DNA from: Camelus ferus
Lineage: Eukaryota
Direction of reading: 5' to 3'
DNA: 64,000 nucleotides
Assembly: GCF_009834535.1 (NCBI RefSeq)
Contig: NC_045707.1
Location: 52,640,001-52,704,000, forward strand
Below are positions 39,121-53,680 of the stretch, piece by piece. The translations under genes were made by a program, and so were the position numbers. The notes beneath the pieces are model-generated. The model did no database searches, was not told the origin of the DNA, and worked only from the letters and a program-made list of their open reading frames with translations. Position 1 is the stretch's first letter. Each line of letters starts with the position of its first letter.

Positions 39121-41216
39121 TTTAAAAAAACTTTGTAATTAACAAATAATAAGAGCAAAATTCTGTTCTCCCAAATAATGGAACAGATACTAAGTGCTGA
39201 GAACTGATGGAGACTATTTCCCATTTCCAAGGACGATTGCTGGCTGTGCCCACCCTGAGCTGCCTGGCGGGAGTGTCGATGCTCAACTCAGCTGTGTCAC
39301 CACGGCAGGGAAGGGGGCTTGGGGAGTATTCCTTCATCTATATCAGGAGTATAATCGCACGGAAATTTGAAGACTTAACAGAAGTCTAGTAAAGTAAAAC
39401 AGCCAGCTCCCTCTACACATTCTGCTTGTATTTACAGGAGATTAAAAGCACCTAATTCTGCAGTGTGGTGCCGGGGGAGGGGAGCTGGGCGGCATGGGAA
39501 TGCCCATGGAAATGTGCATGCTCTTGGACGTGATTAGACTCTTGTTTCTGTCCTGAGAAGAGTGCGTCTGAATAAATTGCAAGTTGAGAAGAAGCTTAGA
39601 AGTAGAACTCTGCCTATCTAGAGCATTTGGGGCTTAATCACTCGGTGCACTTTCAAATCATTATTCTGTCCACCTGCAGGAGACATACAGGTGGCCATGT
39701 TCCACTTACAGCGTTCCCTTTGAGGGCAGGAGAAGGCCAGGGCGCAGAACTGTGAGCTGCTCTGTGAAGCCAGCCACATCCCTGTGGGGGTGGGAGCAAC
39801 TTCGTGCTTCCCTGCTCATTTATTTAAAGTTAATGAAAAGCAGATTGATTTTTTTTCATTGCAGAAGCTATGAGATAAATGAAAGGTGAGGTCAGCCGAG
39901 CTTCTTCCTGCTTGAAAACTACACGGTCACATCTTCAGAGACACCTTCCTAATCCTGAAAGCATCCTGGAGTAATAAGAGAAGTTTAGACAAAGAGGATG
40001 AATTAATGCTGAGGAGTGGAAAACAAAGAAGTTAAGAAACCACTCAAATAGTATTTCAAGGATTTAGTCCAGAAGCAAACCTAGGAGTTTAGAACCTTAT
40101 TATCCTGGGTTTGAATAGGATTTCAGAACACTAATTAGCCCTTAATGCTCCTCCAAGGCAGACCATTTCACTCAAATGCCTGGTAGGAGGGAGAAGCAGA
40201 AGTTAAGAGCAGGGTTCCCCAGTGGACTTGCTGCCCTTCTTCCTTGTCTCGCTTGGGACCTGATGGAGAAACCAAGGGCGGGAATAAACTGCGAGACTGT
40301 GATGGGGAAGCAGGCTGCGGGTTGCATCAGGAGTGCTGCCCAGAGCGGGTCCAGATGGTCCACGAGCAGCAGGTGGGGCGGTAAGAGCTCCTGCAGGCGT
40401 GGACCCAGCGTCAGCCGCAGAGCGGAGCTACTGGTTGACAACATAAGACGTGGACCCGTCACTCAGGCATTGGCAGGATCTTAATCCCCATCCATCAGCC
40501 GGTGCCACCTGTCTGTGTCTGGAGGTGGAGGTGAAGAAGCTTGAGGTCTCCTGACACACTCTAGTTTTAACCGCAAAAGGACTGAAGGATTAGAAGAAGT
40601 GAGGAGGAAGGAGCAATGCGAAATGGTTGACGAGACTTCCAAATGGAACAAGAGAGGGGAAAGAAGCAGAAAATCTCTCCTGAGAAATAGTAGAAGAATC
40701 GTTTTTTAGTTTCTACATCACAACGTTCCACTCAGTGTCCTGAATAGAAAATGGGAGGAAAAAATAAAGGAGCCTCTCCCGGATGTCAGCTGATGACACG
40801 CCCTCCCAGCACCATGTCCTCTCTTCTCCCCAACAGTCCTGTGTTTCTGATGGGGACCCTGTGGTTCCCGAGGTGGGGAGACTCCACCCCCAGCCCCAGG
40901 GCTGTGCCCTGTCATCTACTTCATCCCCCTGGAGAGGAAAAGATTGGCTCAAAAGTGGACAGGCTGCTTATTCAACGTCAGTTAGTGACTCTCGGAAGGT
41001 TTTCTGTTGAACCGTTGAGACAAATGGGTTTAATGTGGAGTGCTGGACCCAAACAAGGTAGCTGGGAGCTGTTGGCAGCCTGCGTGCTTCTCTGACCTGA
41101 TGCTGGAAACTCAGAGAAACAGGGTACCTGTTGGCACCCATGTCTCTGTTAACAGAGCACGTTAACTCCTTTACCTGTTCAGGCTCATTTGGGCTTGGGT
41201 TAGTTTCTCTCTGCGA

Positions 41217-41560
41217 ATGAGAATCATTTACAATGAAACCAGAGTAAAAGAAATCTCATCAAGAAATAGCAAGGATGAAGGTACAGCTCTAAAAACTTCT
41301 CGCATGAAAAAAATGAAGAAGGTAATTTACCAGGAAATGATAATCAGGCTGGCGGTCAATTTTTCATCAACATTACTAGGTGTTAAAAAACATGGGGAAA
41401 TATCTCACAAATTTCGAGGAAAATTATTTTTATCTTAGAAATGTACGTAGGAATCTTTTCTGAAGTGTGAAGGCATGACATTTTCAAATTTACATTTTTG
41501 TTAAGCTCGCCTCCCACATGTTCTTTCTTAAGAAGTTGCTTAAAGTTGTGCTTTCAGAGG
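41217..41560 (+). mobile_element. Old L1 ORF1/HAL1 C-terminal remnant
   Basis: ORF 41217-41438 ALKTSR..VIYQEMIIRLAVNFSSTLL is similar to ILKAARE..VSYKRTPIRLSADFSTQTL in ORF1 at 19582-19800. Confidence 0.6.
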
Positions 41561-42176
41561 AATGAGGGGCTCAAACACGGAAAGCAAGGCTGGACCCAGT
41601 CAACCCAGTAAGTGCTGAAGGGACCTCCTGGGACAGCTGCTGTGCGCCAGCCGGACTAGCGACCGGCCATGAGTGGAGCAGGAGAAGAGGTTGGGGAGGG
41701 CATCTCTGCAGGAGCTCGTGAGAGAAGACGGCATGATGCGGCAGACTGGGAAATAAAATGTACCTAGAAAATCGTGCAGTTGGAAAAGGCAGTGATTCAC
41801 TACCAAAAAGAAGAAAATTCTGTACAAAAATTTCATAGCACACAACCACTACCAGTGGTAGCAATGTGAACACTGATTACCATTCAGTGATAAAAAGATG
41901 CCTGGCCCTACTGGGAGAATGTGACGTGGCTTTTGGTCCCCACCAGCCACATCATGACACAGTGCAATGTACCCCTATTACACATAACCTACAGATGATT
42001 ATGAATAGCTAACAAATGTATTTGACGGTCGATTGAACAGTTATGAAATTTATCATTGTAGCTTTCTTCTCATATTTTGACCAGATCAGGTTTAATTTTT
42101 TTTTTTTGACAAGACTGTTTATGCAGCATTGTGTACCCTCCATGAGGAAAATTTTAATGCCTGTTTGTCTCTCAAG

Positions 42177-42286
42177 TTTTTTCTTAATTTTTTAATCTAA
42201 TTTTTTTCATGGAGGTGCTGGGGATTTAACCCAGGACCTCATGCACACTAAACACGCGCTCCACCACTGACCTGCTTCCCTCTCCC
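42177..42286 (-). mobile_element. Camelid tRNA-derived SINE (Vic-1-like)
   Basis: ggaggtgctggggatttaacccaggacctcatgcacactaaacacgcgctccaccactgacctgcttccctctccc, homologous to the copy at 11315-11452. Confidence 0.8.
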
Positions 42287-43379
42287 TCTTCTCATATTTT
42301 AGAACACATTTTTTTTTTCAGGTTTCAGACACAAGTACTTGAAAATCTCATAGTCCTGAGCAATTGTCTGTACACATCATGGGAGGGGCGTTAGAACACA
42401 GCCTCGTCTGCTATAAAGTGAATCAACTGGAAAAATAATGAAATTGTGACTAATGACAGTATCGACAACTAACATATGTCAAGTGCCTACGACATGCCAA
42501 GCGCATCCCAGGCACGGCTGTGTGTTACGTTACTTAATAACCTCACCTCTGGGTGGTCTTGGTGTTAACCTTTTTATAGATGATGAATGGAGGTATGAGG
42601 AGTTCAGCCTCTAACCTAGACCCAGAGCCTGATGACATCTCACACAGAAACCAAGAAACAGCAGAGAAGCACATTACTTAGGAACACGAAGGTGCGTGCC
42701 AGAAGAAAACAATGAAAAAACATAAAGTGGTCATTTGAGGAGTGGGTTTGGGGGTAGGAAGCAATAGGGGAAAAAAACCTGCTAATTTTCACTGTAAACC
42801 TTTTCTGTACTGTTTGATCTTTTAACTACCTGCTTGTATTATTTTACAAAGGTTTAAAAATTAAAATAAAGAACATGAAAAAAGCAAACAGCATAATTCT
42901 GGAGCCAAATAATTTTTTCCATGGTGCTTTTCATGTGGAGTTAAACTTGAGTGAGTGCTGGTCAGCATTACCACTACCTGAATAATAGAAGCAGAATGGT
43001 CCAGCAGGACCACTGCATTCCCTACAGCTGATTCTCCTCTGCCTGGCCACACTGGGATGCTTTTTGCTCAGCGGTGCAGCACGATATAGAACAGAACAGC
43101 AGAAAAGAACTGAAATGGCCATGTGGAAGGGAGACGTGGAGAATTCTAATACAACATCTGCATTCTGAGTTTCAGGAGGGCAGGAGCAAAGTCATTTGCC
43201 TTTAAATAGCCTGCCTTCATTTATATATTGAATTTCCTATTCCTCTGCTCATTTGCTCAATAGTATTTAGTTGGCAAATGTTAGCAGATGTGGATTTTGT
43301 CATGCTGGTGGAGGGACTGCGAGGTACATGTGAATTAAATGGGAGGCAAAACCACCACTGCAAGTCTCTGAAATTTATT

Positions 43380-43531
43380 TTTTTCACATTTGCAGATACA
43401 TTTTTTTCAATTCTTTTCCATTACAGCTCATTACAAGAATTTGAATATAGCTCCCTGTGCTATACACTAGGTCCTTGTTGTTTATCTATTTTATATTCAG
43501 TAGTGTGTTTCTGCTAATCCCAAACTCCTAC
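43380..43531 (-). mobile_element. 5'-truncated artiodactyl-type L1 3' end
   Basis: ccctgtgctatacactaggtccttgttgtttatctattttata..ctgctaatcccaaactcc is the reverse complement of part of 57400-57530. Possible degenerate TSD tctctg(gc)aaattta. Confidence 0.8.
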
Positions 43532-43735
43532 TCTCTGGCAAATTTAGATGGTGCTCACGTGTGTGTGTGTGCGTGTTGTGGGAGGCGTTTAAAGATAGGA
43601 CACCAATCTCAGCTACTGAAAGCTTGAAGTTTTTGTCCTATCCCAATAGTTAAAATATCCCAACATTGTTGATCTTTGCACTCAGTTGTACTTGATCTAG
43701 ACAATGTATTTTAAGGAACTGAATTCATTATATTT

Positions 43736-43765
43736 GAATTGAATTGAATTGAATTGAATTGAATT
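43736..43765. repeat. (GAATT)6 microsatellite
   Basis: Direct inspection. Confidence 0.9.
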
Positions 43766-45254
43766 TGTTTGTTAGAACAAATACATTTAGAACCACTTAG
43801 CCATTGTTCATTTTTCGCCAGGACACTATGTCCACATCAAACGTCTGAGTGGGCTTAATCACTCAGTGCCGCCGGTGAACACAGAGCTGAAGACAGAGCG
43901 CTGAAAGGGTGGCAGAAATCATGATAACACCATTGACAACATCCTTCTTGTTGACAGAAACTTGCTGAGACTCAGAATCTGAGAAGATGTGGTAAGGTGA
44001 AGTGAAAATTTTCTTAATCATAATTAAGATCTTTTAAAGTTTGATTCTCTTCCAGCAAAGGAAGATGAGTTATTAAATATCCCCAATTCATCCTTAAAAT
44101 TCCAGAGCATACAGTGAGCAAGGCAGACCGCACAACAGGGGAACAACAGAGAACCAGTCGTCCGAGCAGAGGAGGGAAGAGAGAGCGGGCATGTCCCAGG
44201 TGACGAGGTGTGGAGCAGAGACATGGGAACGTGAGGCGCACGGAGATAGGTACGTTGAGACAGATGCAAGCGTCTTGCTCAAACGTCAAAGGACTTTGTC
44301 AGTAACCTGCATACAGTGCACCTAATTATCCTGTCTTCTCCACCGGGGACATCACAAAATGCCCGGCACTGAGTAGCCAAGCCGTCAGTGACTATGACAC
44401 TGCCTTCTGTCACCAGCTGAGTCATCCAGCTGTAAGTGAAATCAAAACCTTCCTTGCTTACTGATCGATGATTATTATTGAATCAATATTCCACTTTGGT
44501 AGTCTCCGGTTTCATGTCAACTCGCGCACAGACAGCTCCCCAGGCTCCTCCCTGCATTTAACCCCACGCTCCCTGGTCTGCAGTTGTCAGAATCTTCTTT
44601 TAGTCACGTCCTGAAAAATGGAAGGCGTGCCCAGCTCCAGTGTGATGAGTGGCTTTTGCCCTGTCTTCCATTTTTCTCCAAATCCTGTCGAGTAACCGTG
44701 AAGTAAAGTGTCTGTGATAATGTGTGACTCAATTAAATTCCACTTTATTTTCCCACCTTTTAATAAGAATAAAAGTCATTGTTATTGGCGCCTTGGAATC
44801 AGCATTTATTTGCAAAGCCCGAGGATTTTTGTCTCCTGAGACGCAGTCACACATCAGGCGGAGCAGCTGTCACTGCTCTTTGGTCTCTAACTCTGCTTCT
44901 GAGCGTCCTCTCACCCACTGTCTGAAGGGCCCTGTGTCTTCCCATCCTGACCTGTGGGTGTGTGACCGGGAAATAATACTCTTACCATGTTTTACTATTA
45001 ATATATTAGGGATGTATGTCGAGTCATAAAATTTTGGCTTTTTCTAAGTTGACATTCTCTTGCCTTCCTCTCTACAAGAAGAAAGTAAAGTTCAGCATCA
45101 CAGCTTCTGAATGGCTTTGAAGTACAATTAATGTGTTTTTGTTAAATAGAGACCAAATTTTACTTAGATGATTTCTTTTAGAAATAAAGAAGTTTAAAAA
45201 AGATCTAACTCCACCAACTCTTTCAAGTCATTTAGGAACTGTTAATACAGTTTT

Positions 45255-45680
<426 letters not shown>

Positions 45681-47744
45681 AATGACTCGTACAACAGAGC
45701 TAAGTCAGAAACCTTGTAACTTATGTGTCTCTTCAATTATGTCAACTGAATGCTTTAAGGAATTCACTTTAAAAATTCAATCATTTGGACTGAATTTTTT
45801 CTTCAAGATTTGTTACAAAGACTTTTGATTTTAAAAATGAAAATGTTTACAAGACCACAGACTCAAATAAGAAAGACCAACAAGTACATCCCCAGTCGTG
45901 AGCCCTGATGTGGGCTCCAGCTCGGAGGGGTCATTGGCCAGAAACACCTCGAAAAAGCTTTCAAGGAAATTGAACAAAACTACCAACTTTTCATGTTACT
46001 AAGTAAGAAAAAACAAGCAAAATCAACCCACCGAACAACAAAAATCCCTTCCATAAGCTCCCATAATCAACTTATAAAAGAAAGAACGTGGACTCAGAAT
46101 AGAATTCTTTAAATTCAGTGAGTTATCTTTATGAGAAGTGCAGTGTATTTTTCTGATTTCTTTTATAAGCTCTTTCTTGAGAGATGAAAACCTTATCACA
46201 AAATAACCTGGGTAGTTTTATTACTCTGTGGAAATCACTGATTTAAAAGACTGGTGCTTCACTCAACACCATTAATGGAAAAGTTCAGATAATGAAAAAC
46301 AAAATGTATTAGAAGCTCTACTCCTTCCAGGTGAACGAATAGGGGCCAAAAAAGATAAAAACAGACAGAGCTGCTGCCACCACCCTTAACAAAGACAGCA
46401 ATCTGGAAATGAAGGTGAAAACGTTAAAAAAAAAAAAAAAAGTATGTTGCATAAAGCATGACTTCCAGACGCTGTTCTGTGAAAAGTGGCCTCATTTGGG
46501 GCCACGACGCTTGGAGTTTCAGAAGGTCTGACAGTTCATGGAGGCTACGAGAAACTGCCACGCTGCACCAGGAAACCTGAGTGACTTTGTCCAGACAGTT
46601 ACTGTCCACGTGCGTGTCATCTCGGAAGTCCACTCGTAATAACTAAACCTGGAACATGTCGCACCCTCCAGTGTTTCACTGATCTCTCCCGGCACCGGGG
46701 AGACCTTTCAGGAAATTAAGATACTGGTCTAGGCATGGAAACTGTACCTTCTTGAATTGTGTCCAACGACTTGAATAGTATCTATTCACTCGTTAGTTCA
46801 CATGCACTGAACAGCAATTGCATGTAAAATAATATTCTAAACAATGTAAAGAATTAAGTAATAAATGAATAAAATATAAGGTGTCTAACTTCAAAGATTA
46901 TAACCTATGAAGAAAAATAAAACTTACATAGGGAGCAAAAATAAAGTATAAACATATTAAATCAGGTTAAAGATCGATCATTTAGAATTACTGAAGGTTG
47001 AAAATAAAGAGGAAATAAAAGTGGGTTGAAGATATACAGATTTTTTTCCTAAGCCAAATATTAAAGAATTAATTTATTTTAGAACTCTGAAAAAGTCATT
47101 TAGCCCCCTTGACCTCACTTTCCTTATCTGAAAATGAGAAAATGGAGCTAAACATTTCCTTCCTGCTCTTAAACTTGATTCTGTGATTCTGTGACAGAAT
47201 TTCCCATCAGGCAAAAATAATATTTGAGGAAAGTCAGGAATTTTCTCTTATCAGAACAAGTAGGTAGTTCTCCTGTGACCCATATTCAGATCTCTAGAGA
47301 TTATTTCAGATGAAAAATTCCATATGGCAGTTGTGGAAAGTAATGTACTTGACAAACAGCCCCAGGAGCAACTTCAGGTCAGGAAGGGTCTGCCTCTAAT
47401 TCGTGCCGCACACCAGAACCAGATCAGTCTTCCCATAAGATGGTCTGGGGACACTGGGCATTTGTTCAAAATGCTTTCATAGCTTTCTGCTGCACACAGA
47501 GCCCCTCCGTGCACTGAGCACTGAGATCTATAGCTGCTCATTTCAAACTTATGTTCCAGGACTCCGTTCTCAATTGCAAAGTATTGGGTTGCAAAGAAAA
47601 TAATGTTCACAAGCTATTTTATGCAAAAGAGAAATGTGTTAAAAGAAGTGAGGATATACTTGAAACCCAGGGCGGTAAGTCAGCTGGTTTTGCTGAGGGC
47701 TTCACTCAAGGATAGAAATCATACAGAATCAAGACACTTATGTG

Positions 47745-50730
47745 TTTATTTATTATTGAGATGTGATTCTAACATCACAAGGTTCACCACTTTAAAGTTT
47801 ACACTGCAGTGGTTTTTAGAATATCCACAAGGTTGTGCAACCATCACCACTGGCTGCTTCCAGGACCTTTTCAGCCTCCAAAGAAACCAGCACTCATTAC
47901 AGTCACTCCCTGCACCCCTATAACTCTCCCGGAATGAAAAAGTAATTTATTTGCTATCTCCATGGATTTTCCTATTCCGGGCATTTTATAAAAATAGAAC
48001 AATGTAATAGGAGACCTTTTGTGTCTGGCTTCTTACCACGTGGAATGTGTTTTCAGGGTGGACTCACATTGCAGCATGCATGCATCATGCCTTTATTTCT
48101 TTTTATGGTTGAAAATGTTCAATTATATTGCTGTGCTGTGTTTTGTTTATCTGGTTTGTCCATTGATAGACATTTAAACTGTTTCCACTTTTTGGCTATC
48201 ATGAGTAACACTGCTATGAACATTCACATACGCGTTATTACATGAAGGTATGTTTTCCTGGGCATCTGCTTTGGAGTTGTGTAAGCCTAGGGGTGGTATA
48301 GCTGGATCGTAAGACACTAGGGGTTGAATTGTGCCCCCTCAGTTCATATGCTGAAGGTGTAACCCCCACGCAAACTTATTGGAAATAGGGTCAAAGCAGA
48401 TAGAATCAGTGAAAATGAAGTCATGCTGGAGTAGGGCGGGCCCCTAATCCAGCAGCACTGCCCTGGCGTCTGTATCAAAGGGGAGATTTGGAGCCTGACA
48501 GGCAGGGAGAGCCCTATGTGAGCAAGAAACAAAGATTGCAGGTGTGTCTCTGCAAAACAAAGCCACCCAAAGATGACCGCAAACCGCGAGAAGCCTGGGA
48601 GGGGCCTGGGACAGGCTGGCCCTCAGAATCCCCAGGGCAAATCAACCCTGTGGGCACCTTGATCTCAGTCATCTAATCCCCACAACTGTGAGACAGTGCA
48701 ATTCTGTTGTTCCAGAATGAGGAACTGTCGAAGTGGCTTTGCGAAGTGGCTGCGACATCGCGCATTCTCACCAGCAATGCACAGCGGTTTCAATGTCTCC
48801 ATATCCTGGCCAGTGCGTGGTATTGCCCAACTGTTTGGTTATTGTTATCCTGGTGGGCGTGAACTGGCACCTCATTGTGGTTTCGAAAGTATTTCCTTTC
48901 AATTCTTACTGTTCCTGTAAGATTAATAGTAATGTCTCGTCTCTCATTCCTGATTTTAGTAATTTGAGTCTTCTCTACTTTTTCCCTCGGTCAGCCTCGC
49001 TAGATTTCGGTCAATTTTGTTGATCTTTTCCAAGAACCAACTTTTGGTTCTGTTGATTTTCCCTGTTGTGTTTTAATTCTCTATTTCCTTTACCTCCACT
49101 CTAGTCTATTCGTGCCTTCCTTCTTCTTGCTTTGGTTTAGTTTTCTCTTCCTTTTCTAATTTCTTGAGATGAAAGTCTAGGTTATTTATTTCAAATCTTT
49201 TTTCTTGTGTGATTTAGTCATTTACAGCTACAAATTTCCCTCAGCATTGATTGTGCTGTACGTTTCGGTGTACTATGTTTTTGTTTTAGTTAATCTTAAA
49301 TTACTAATTTTTGTTGTGATTTCTTCTCTGACTCATTGTTTATTTTGAAGTATGTTGCTTAATTTTCACAAATTTATAAGCTTCTCAAATGTCTTACTGG
49401 TGTTGATTTCTAATTTCATTCCCTTCTAGTCAGAGAACATGCTTTTTCTTTTATCATTTCAATCCTTTTAAATGTATTGAGCCTTGCTTTGTGGCCTAAC
49501 ATGTGGTATATTCTGAAGGATGTTCTGTGTGCACTTGGCAAGAATGTGGGTTCTGTTGTCGGCTGTTGTACGGACGTCTGTTAGGTCTACGTTTATAACG
49601 CTGTTTGAGTCTTCTCTTTTCTTGACAATCATCAGTCTGGTCATTCTGTCTATTATTGAAAGTGGCTTATTTAAGTCTCCAGTTATTATGAACAATCGAT
49701 TTCTCCCTGCAATCTCATCTGCTTTTGCTTCATGCACATTGGGACTCTGTTGACTGGTGCACATGTTTAGCATTCTTATATTTTCTTAAAATTTTGGTCA
49801 TTTTATCATTACAATCTGTCCTTGCCTCTAGTGACAATATGTGTCTTAAGTCTGTTTTGCCTGACATTAGCGTGGCCCACTGTCTTATGGTATATTTTTT
49901 GCAAGCCTTCATTTTCAAACCATTTGTGTCTTTGAATCTAAACTGTCCCCTCTACATGACATGTAGTTGGATCTTGTCTTTTTTCCCATTCTGCCAATTG
50001 GTCTTTTAACTGGAGAGTTTAAGACGTTTACGTTTGGTGTGATTGCTAAGGTAGAATTGATGTATGCCATTTTACTATGCTTCTTATAAATCCCATGTCT
50101 TTTTTGTGCCTCAGTTTCTCCACTATTGCTTCCCTTTTTGTTAATTAGATATTTTTCTAGTGAAGAATTCAATTCCCTTATTTGTTTCACTATATATTTT
50201 TGAGTTGTTTTTAATGATTACTTTGAGGATTATTGTTAACATCTTAATTTATATCCATCTTTTTTGGATATATCAAATTGATTCCAATGCTATAAAAATC
50301 TTTGACTTTGTATGGATGTGGTCTCCCTTCCCCACTAAGTATCACAAAATATATCTTTATACATTGTTCCATCAACGTGGGCTTACAGTTTTTGCAGTAT
50401 GCATTTGCATTTTAAATCAAATAGGAAAAAAAGTTGCTAACAAAAATGTACTTATACTGCTTTTTGTATTTACCTGTGTAATTATCTTTACCAGTGTTCT
50501 TTATTTCTTCACATGGATTCAAGTTCATGTCTGGTGTTCTTTTCAAAATGAAGGAGGGCTTATAGTATTTCAGGTCAGATGTGCTGGCCATGAAGTCTCT
50601 CAGTTCTTAATTTCTTCTTCATTTTTTGTAGCTTAATTTTGCTGGATACAAAATTCTTTAGCAGGTTTTCTAATTTTCTTTGAGCACTTTTAAAAGACAG
50701 TTACTGTCTCCTCACCCCCATAGTTTCTGC
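47745..50730 (-). mobile_element. L1MB-like element with nested MLT1 and a large internal gap
   Basis: 3'UTR at 47745-48310, ORF2 C-terminal part at 48715-48885, then EN-region sequence (ORF 49468-49773 IITGDLNKPLSIIDR; TPNVNVLNSPVKR near 50000-50045). Confidence 0.75.
48315..48712 (+). mobile_element. MaLR LTR (MLT1B/C-like) nested in L1
   Basis: gggttgaattgtgccccc..ttattggaaatagggtc..gtcatgctggagtagggcgggccctaatcca..caaccctgtgggcaccttgatctcag. Confidence 0.8.
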
Positions 50731-52399
50731 CATTTTCACTGATAACTTGTCAGATCCAAGATATTTAAACTTTCTGTTTTTTCTCACTTGTATTTACCTC
50801 CTCCTGAATTTTTTCTAACAGTCCTTAGATCAGTCTAGACCCTGAAATAAAACACAGAATTTCTCAGTTTCCATATGCTAATACCAAAAATGTGCACCCA
50901 AAGCAACCTGAGCCCTACAGAATTATCAAAATCTTTGTATAATCACCATCAGAGATTTTCACAGCCTCCTGGTGGCTTCATTCTCTGAGGTCCCCCCACC
51001 ACTGGAATCTGGCTGGGCCCTCTCTCTTTTCTTACGTCTGCTTCCCCTCCGTACTGTCTCCCTGCGCAATCTCCTCCAGTGTCTTCTCATTGTTCCCAGA
51101 CAACGTGCCCGAATAGTCAGTTCTCAGCTCTTATCCCAGAATTCACCTTCCGGCTCTCTGTTACATATCCAAACTCATCAACACGTTTATAAAAACAAAA
51201 ATTGCTTCTGTGTAATAAGATCTAACCTGTTTTGCAATCAATTACCAGCTCAATATTAGTCTCCTTTTCCATTAAATGTTCGCAGTCGCATTTATGCGCA
51301 CAAGGCTCCGCTCTGCCTGCCCCTCGCGTGTGCCCCCTGCAGCGCGTTTCTGGGCCACGGGGCGCGAGCCGTCCGGTGGGGCAAGTCAGGTCGCTCTTCT
51401 AACTACACTATGAGTTTCCCGAGAGCAAGTAAAAGATATTCAGTATGTAGTAGAGAGTGAGTCAATATTCTTTAATGATGATGACCTGGATGGTGTTTAA
51501 TTCACATAATAAGCACAATAATCACACACCACAGTTTGCTGGAGGAGCTGAGTCCTGCCCAAAGCCTTTATGTGTAGTGTGAGCAGTATTTACTAAGGGG
51601 GGTAAATAAGACAATGGTGTGATGCTTGTTAAGGACTCAGTACAACCGAACACTGTGCTCTAGTCCACTGGACATTGTAGAAGCAAATACCTCGTTTTGA
51701 TCCAGCCTGGTCCAAGTGACTCTCCACTCACCTGAAGGGCCTGGCGTGACCCTGCCTTCCAGGCGCCGGTGAAGGAGATGCTTCCTTACCTCACCTGTGA
51801 GTCCCCTGCTGCACTTACGGAAGCCCCAGCACCAGAGGCCACATCCAGGCTGAAGCTGCTCTCCTTTGATTCAGGTTTAATGAATTTTTCATACTCAGAA
51901 AGACTTTCAAGGAAAAAAAAAAAGATTCATGGGGCAGCTGATTTGTATTCAAAGGTGAACCACCTAAAATCCATTATACTGACTTTTAATCAAGAGGCAG
52001 GTAGGAGGGGAACTCTTTTTGCCACAGGGGAGACTTCTTTCCAAATGGACTGTCCTCCCATAGTAATAAGGTCCCACGTAGGGACTGCTTGACACGCTCC
52101 AACCTGTGTTACCTAAAGAGTTAACTCATTTTAATCACCTGGGGAGGCAAGGCAGGCTTTATAAGACCCCTTTTTAGTGAAGACACTGAAATACAGAGCA
52201 ATCTGGTTTGCTTTGGTCACAGTACCTATTGGAGGTGATTTTCAGTGTTGGCAGCAGCTGTGGCAGGGTCGGGGCTGGGGTGGGAAAGCCAGGCTAGGTA
52301 GCTCTCAGCAAATGCCTCCTTTCCAACCATGAGTAATAACCTCTGAATGAAGGAGTCCAAGCCTCTTCCACAGCTCTTAATGATGACAATGATGGTGAC

Positions 52400-53680
52400 A
52401 ATGACGTTAATATTTATCAGAAACTGACCAAAGGCTCGGGATTTGGTTGGTGCTTAGACTGAATGAATTTATTAAGTCCTCACAGAATCATTAAAAGTTT
52501 AAGTGCATTGGCCTGGGTCCAATCGGGAGACAGAAACCACACAGTACTTTGAACAGGAATTTAACATAAAGAATTATGAAATAATTACAGTGGGATAAGG
52601 ATATAAAAGGAACTTTAGAGGGAAACATAAAGCTGGGGGAGAACATCTAAGAAGGGAAAAACTTGGAAGGGTCGCCAATGTCGAGACTGGGTGCAGACCT
52701 CATTTGGCCAGGTGGGTTGCAGACCGCTGCATAGTGGAGGCGTGTGCTGAGTTATCGGGCCAGAGTTGGTCCAGGAAGAAACACACAGTCACAGGAAGAA
52801 AGAAGCCACCATCTGGGGCACAGGTGCGTGCAGGTGGGGCAGGATGCAGAGGGAGGCGTCGCTGCCACAGCAGCATTGCCGTGTGACCAGTGGTGCGCAG
52901 CATCCATGCTGTGAGGACCACAGGGGAACAGGTGAACTGCGGGAGGTGGGACATGTACGGGGGGAGCTGGGATGGCACAGCACGGCTTCGTCCAGGGCCT
53001 GTGAGCCGCAGCGAGTGAGCACCAAGCCCAGGTCAGGGCTGTAGTTCCCGGGGAGGCTGCACGCTGAGGGCATGGGTGCAGAGGGACACAGCGCGTCCCC
53101 ACAGGCATGCACAGCTGACCGGCGGTGCAGCGGGCACAGGCAGGAGCCACATCCACACCAGAACCGGGAAGAGGAGCCCGTCCTCTGCTGTGCCCCCCGC
53201 AGACAGAGCTTCACGCTGCGCTGACCGCAAAGGGAAGGCCCGTTACGTCAGAGCGGGTACTGAAGGGTGGAGCTCCAGCTGAGGGCAATAAGTTAAACTG
53301 GCACAGTGGGAATGCTATTAACCCCTTTTAATTTTTTAGATTTGGTACTTTTGTACGGTTTTCATTCCAGCTTTATTGGAGTATGATTGACAAATAAAAA
53401 TTGTATATATTTAGGTTGTTCAACGTGTTTTTAAGGTGCCTAATGTGATGATTTAAAATATATAGGAAATAATAAAATTTGAATATTAAATCTTATTTCT
53501 ATATAATTATATATTAAATATTAAATTGAATAAATAAATATTAAATTGTATGTAGTTAAACACAGAGAGAGAGATAAGAAACAGAGTTATAGGGATTAAT
53601 TTGCTGAGACCATGTACCTGGCAGGTGGAGGAGTCAGCACACTGTCCCAGACACTTTACTCCAAGGCGTGTTCTCGACGC
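52400..53680 (-). mobile_element. MIR split by an LTR (52504-53305) and an L1MA 3' fragment (~53365-53460)
   Basis: Antisense MIR pieces at ~52400-52503, 53306-53340 and 53555-53680 appear colinear. Confidence 0.45.
52504..53305. mobile_element. ERVL-type LTR (LTR41-like)
   Basis: TG..gggtccaatcgggagacagaaaccacacagta...ggcaataagttaaactggcaCA; termini resemble an LTR41-type consensus from memory. Confidence 0.55.
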
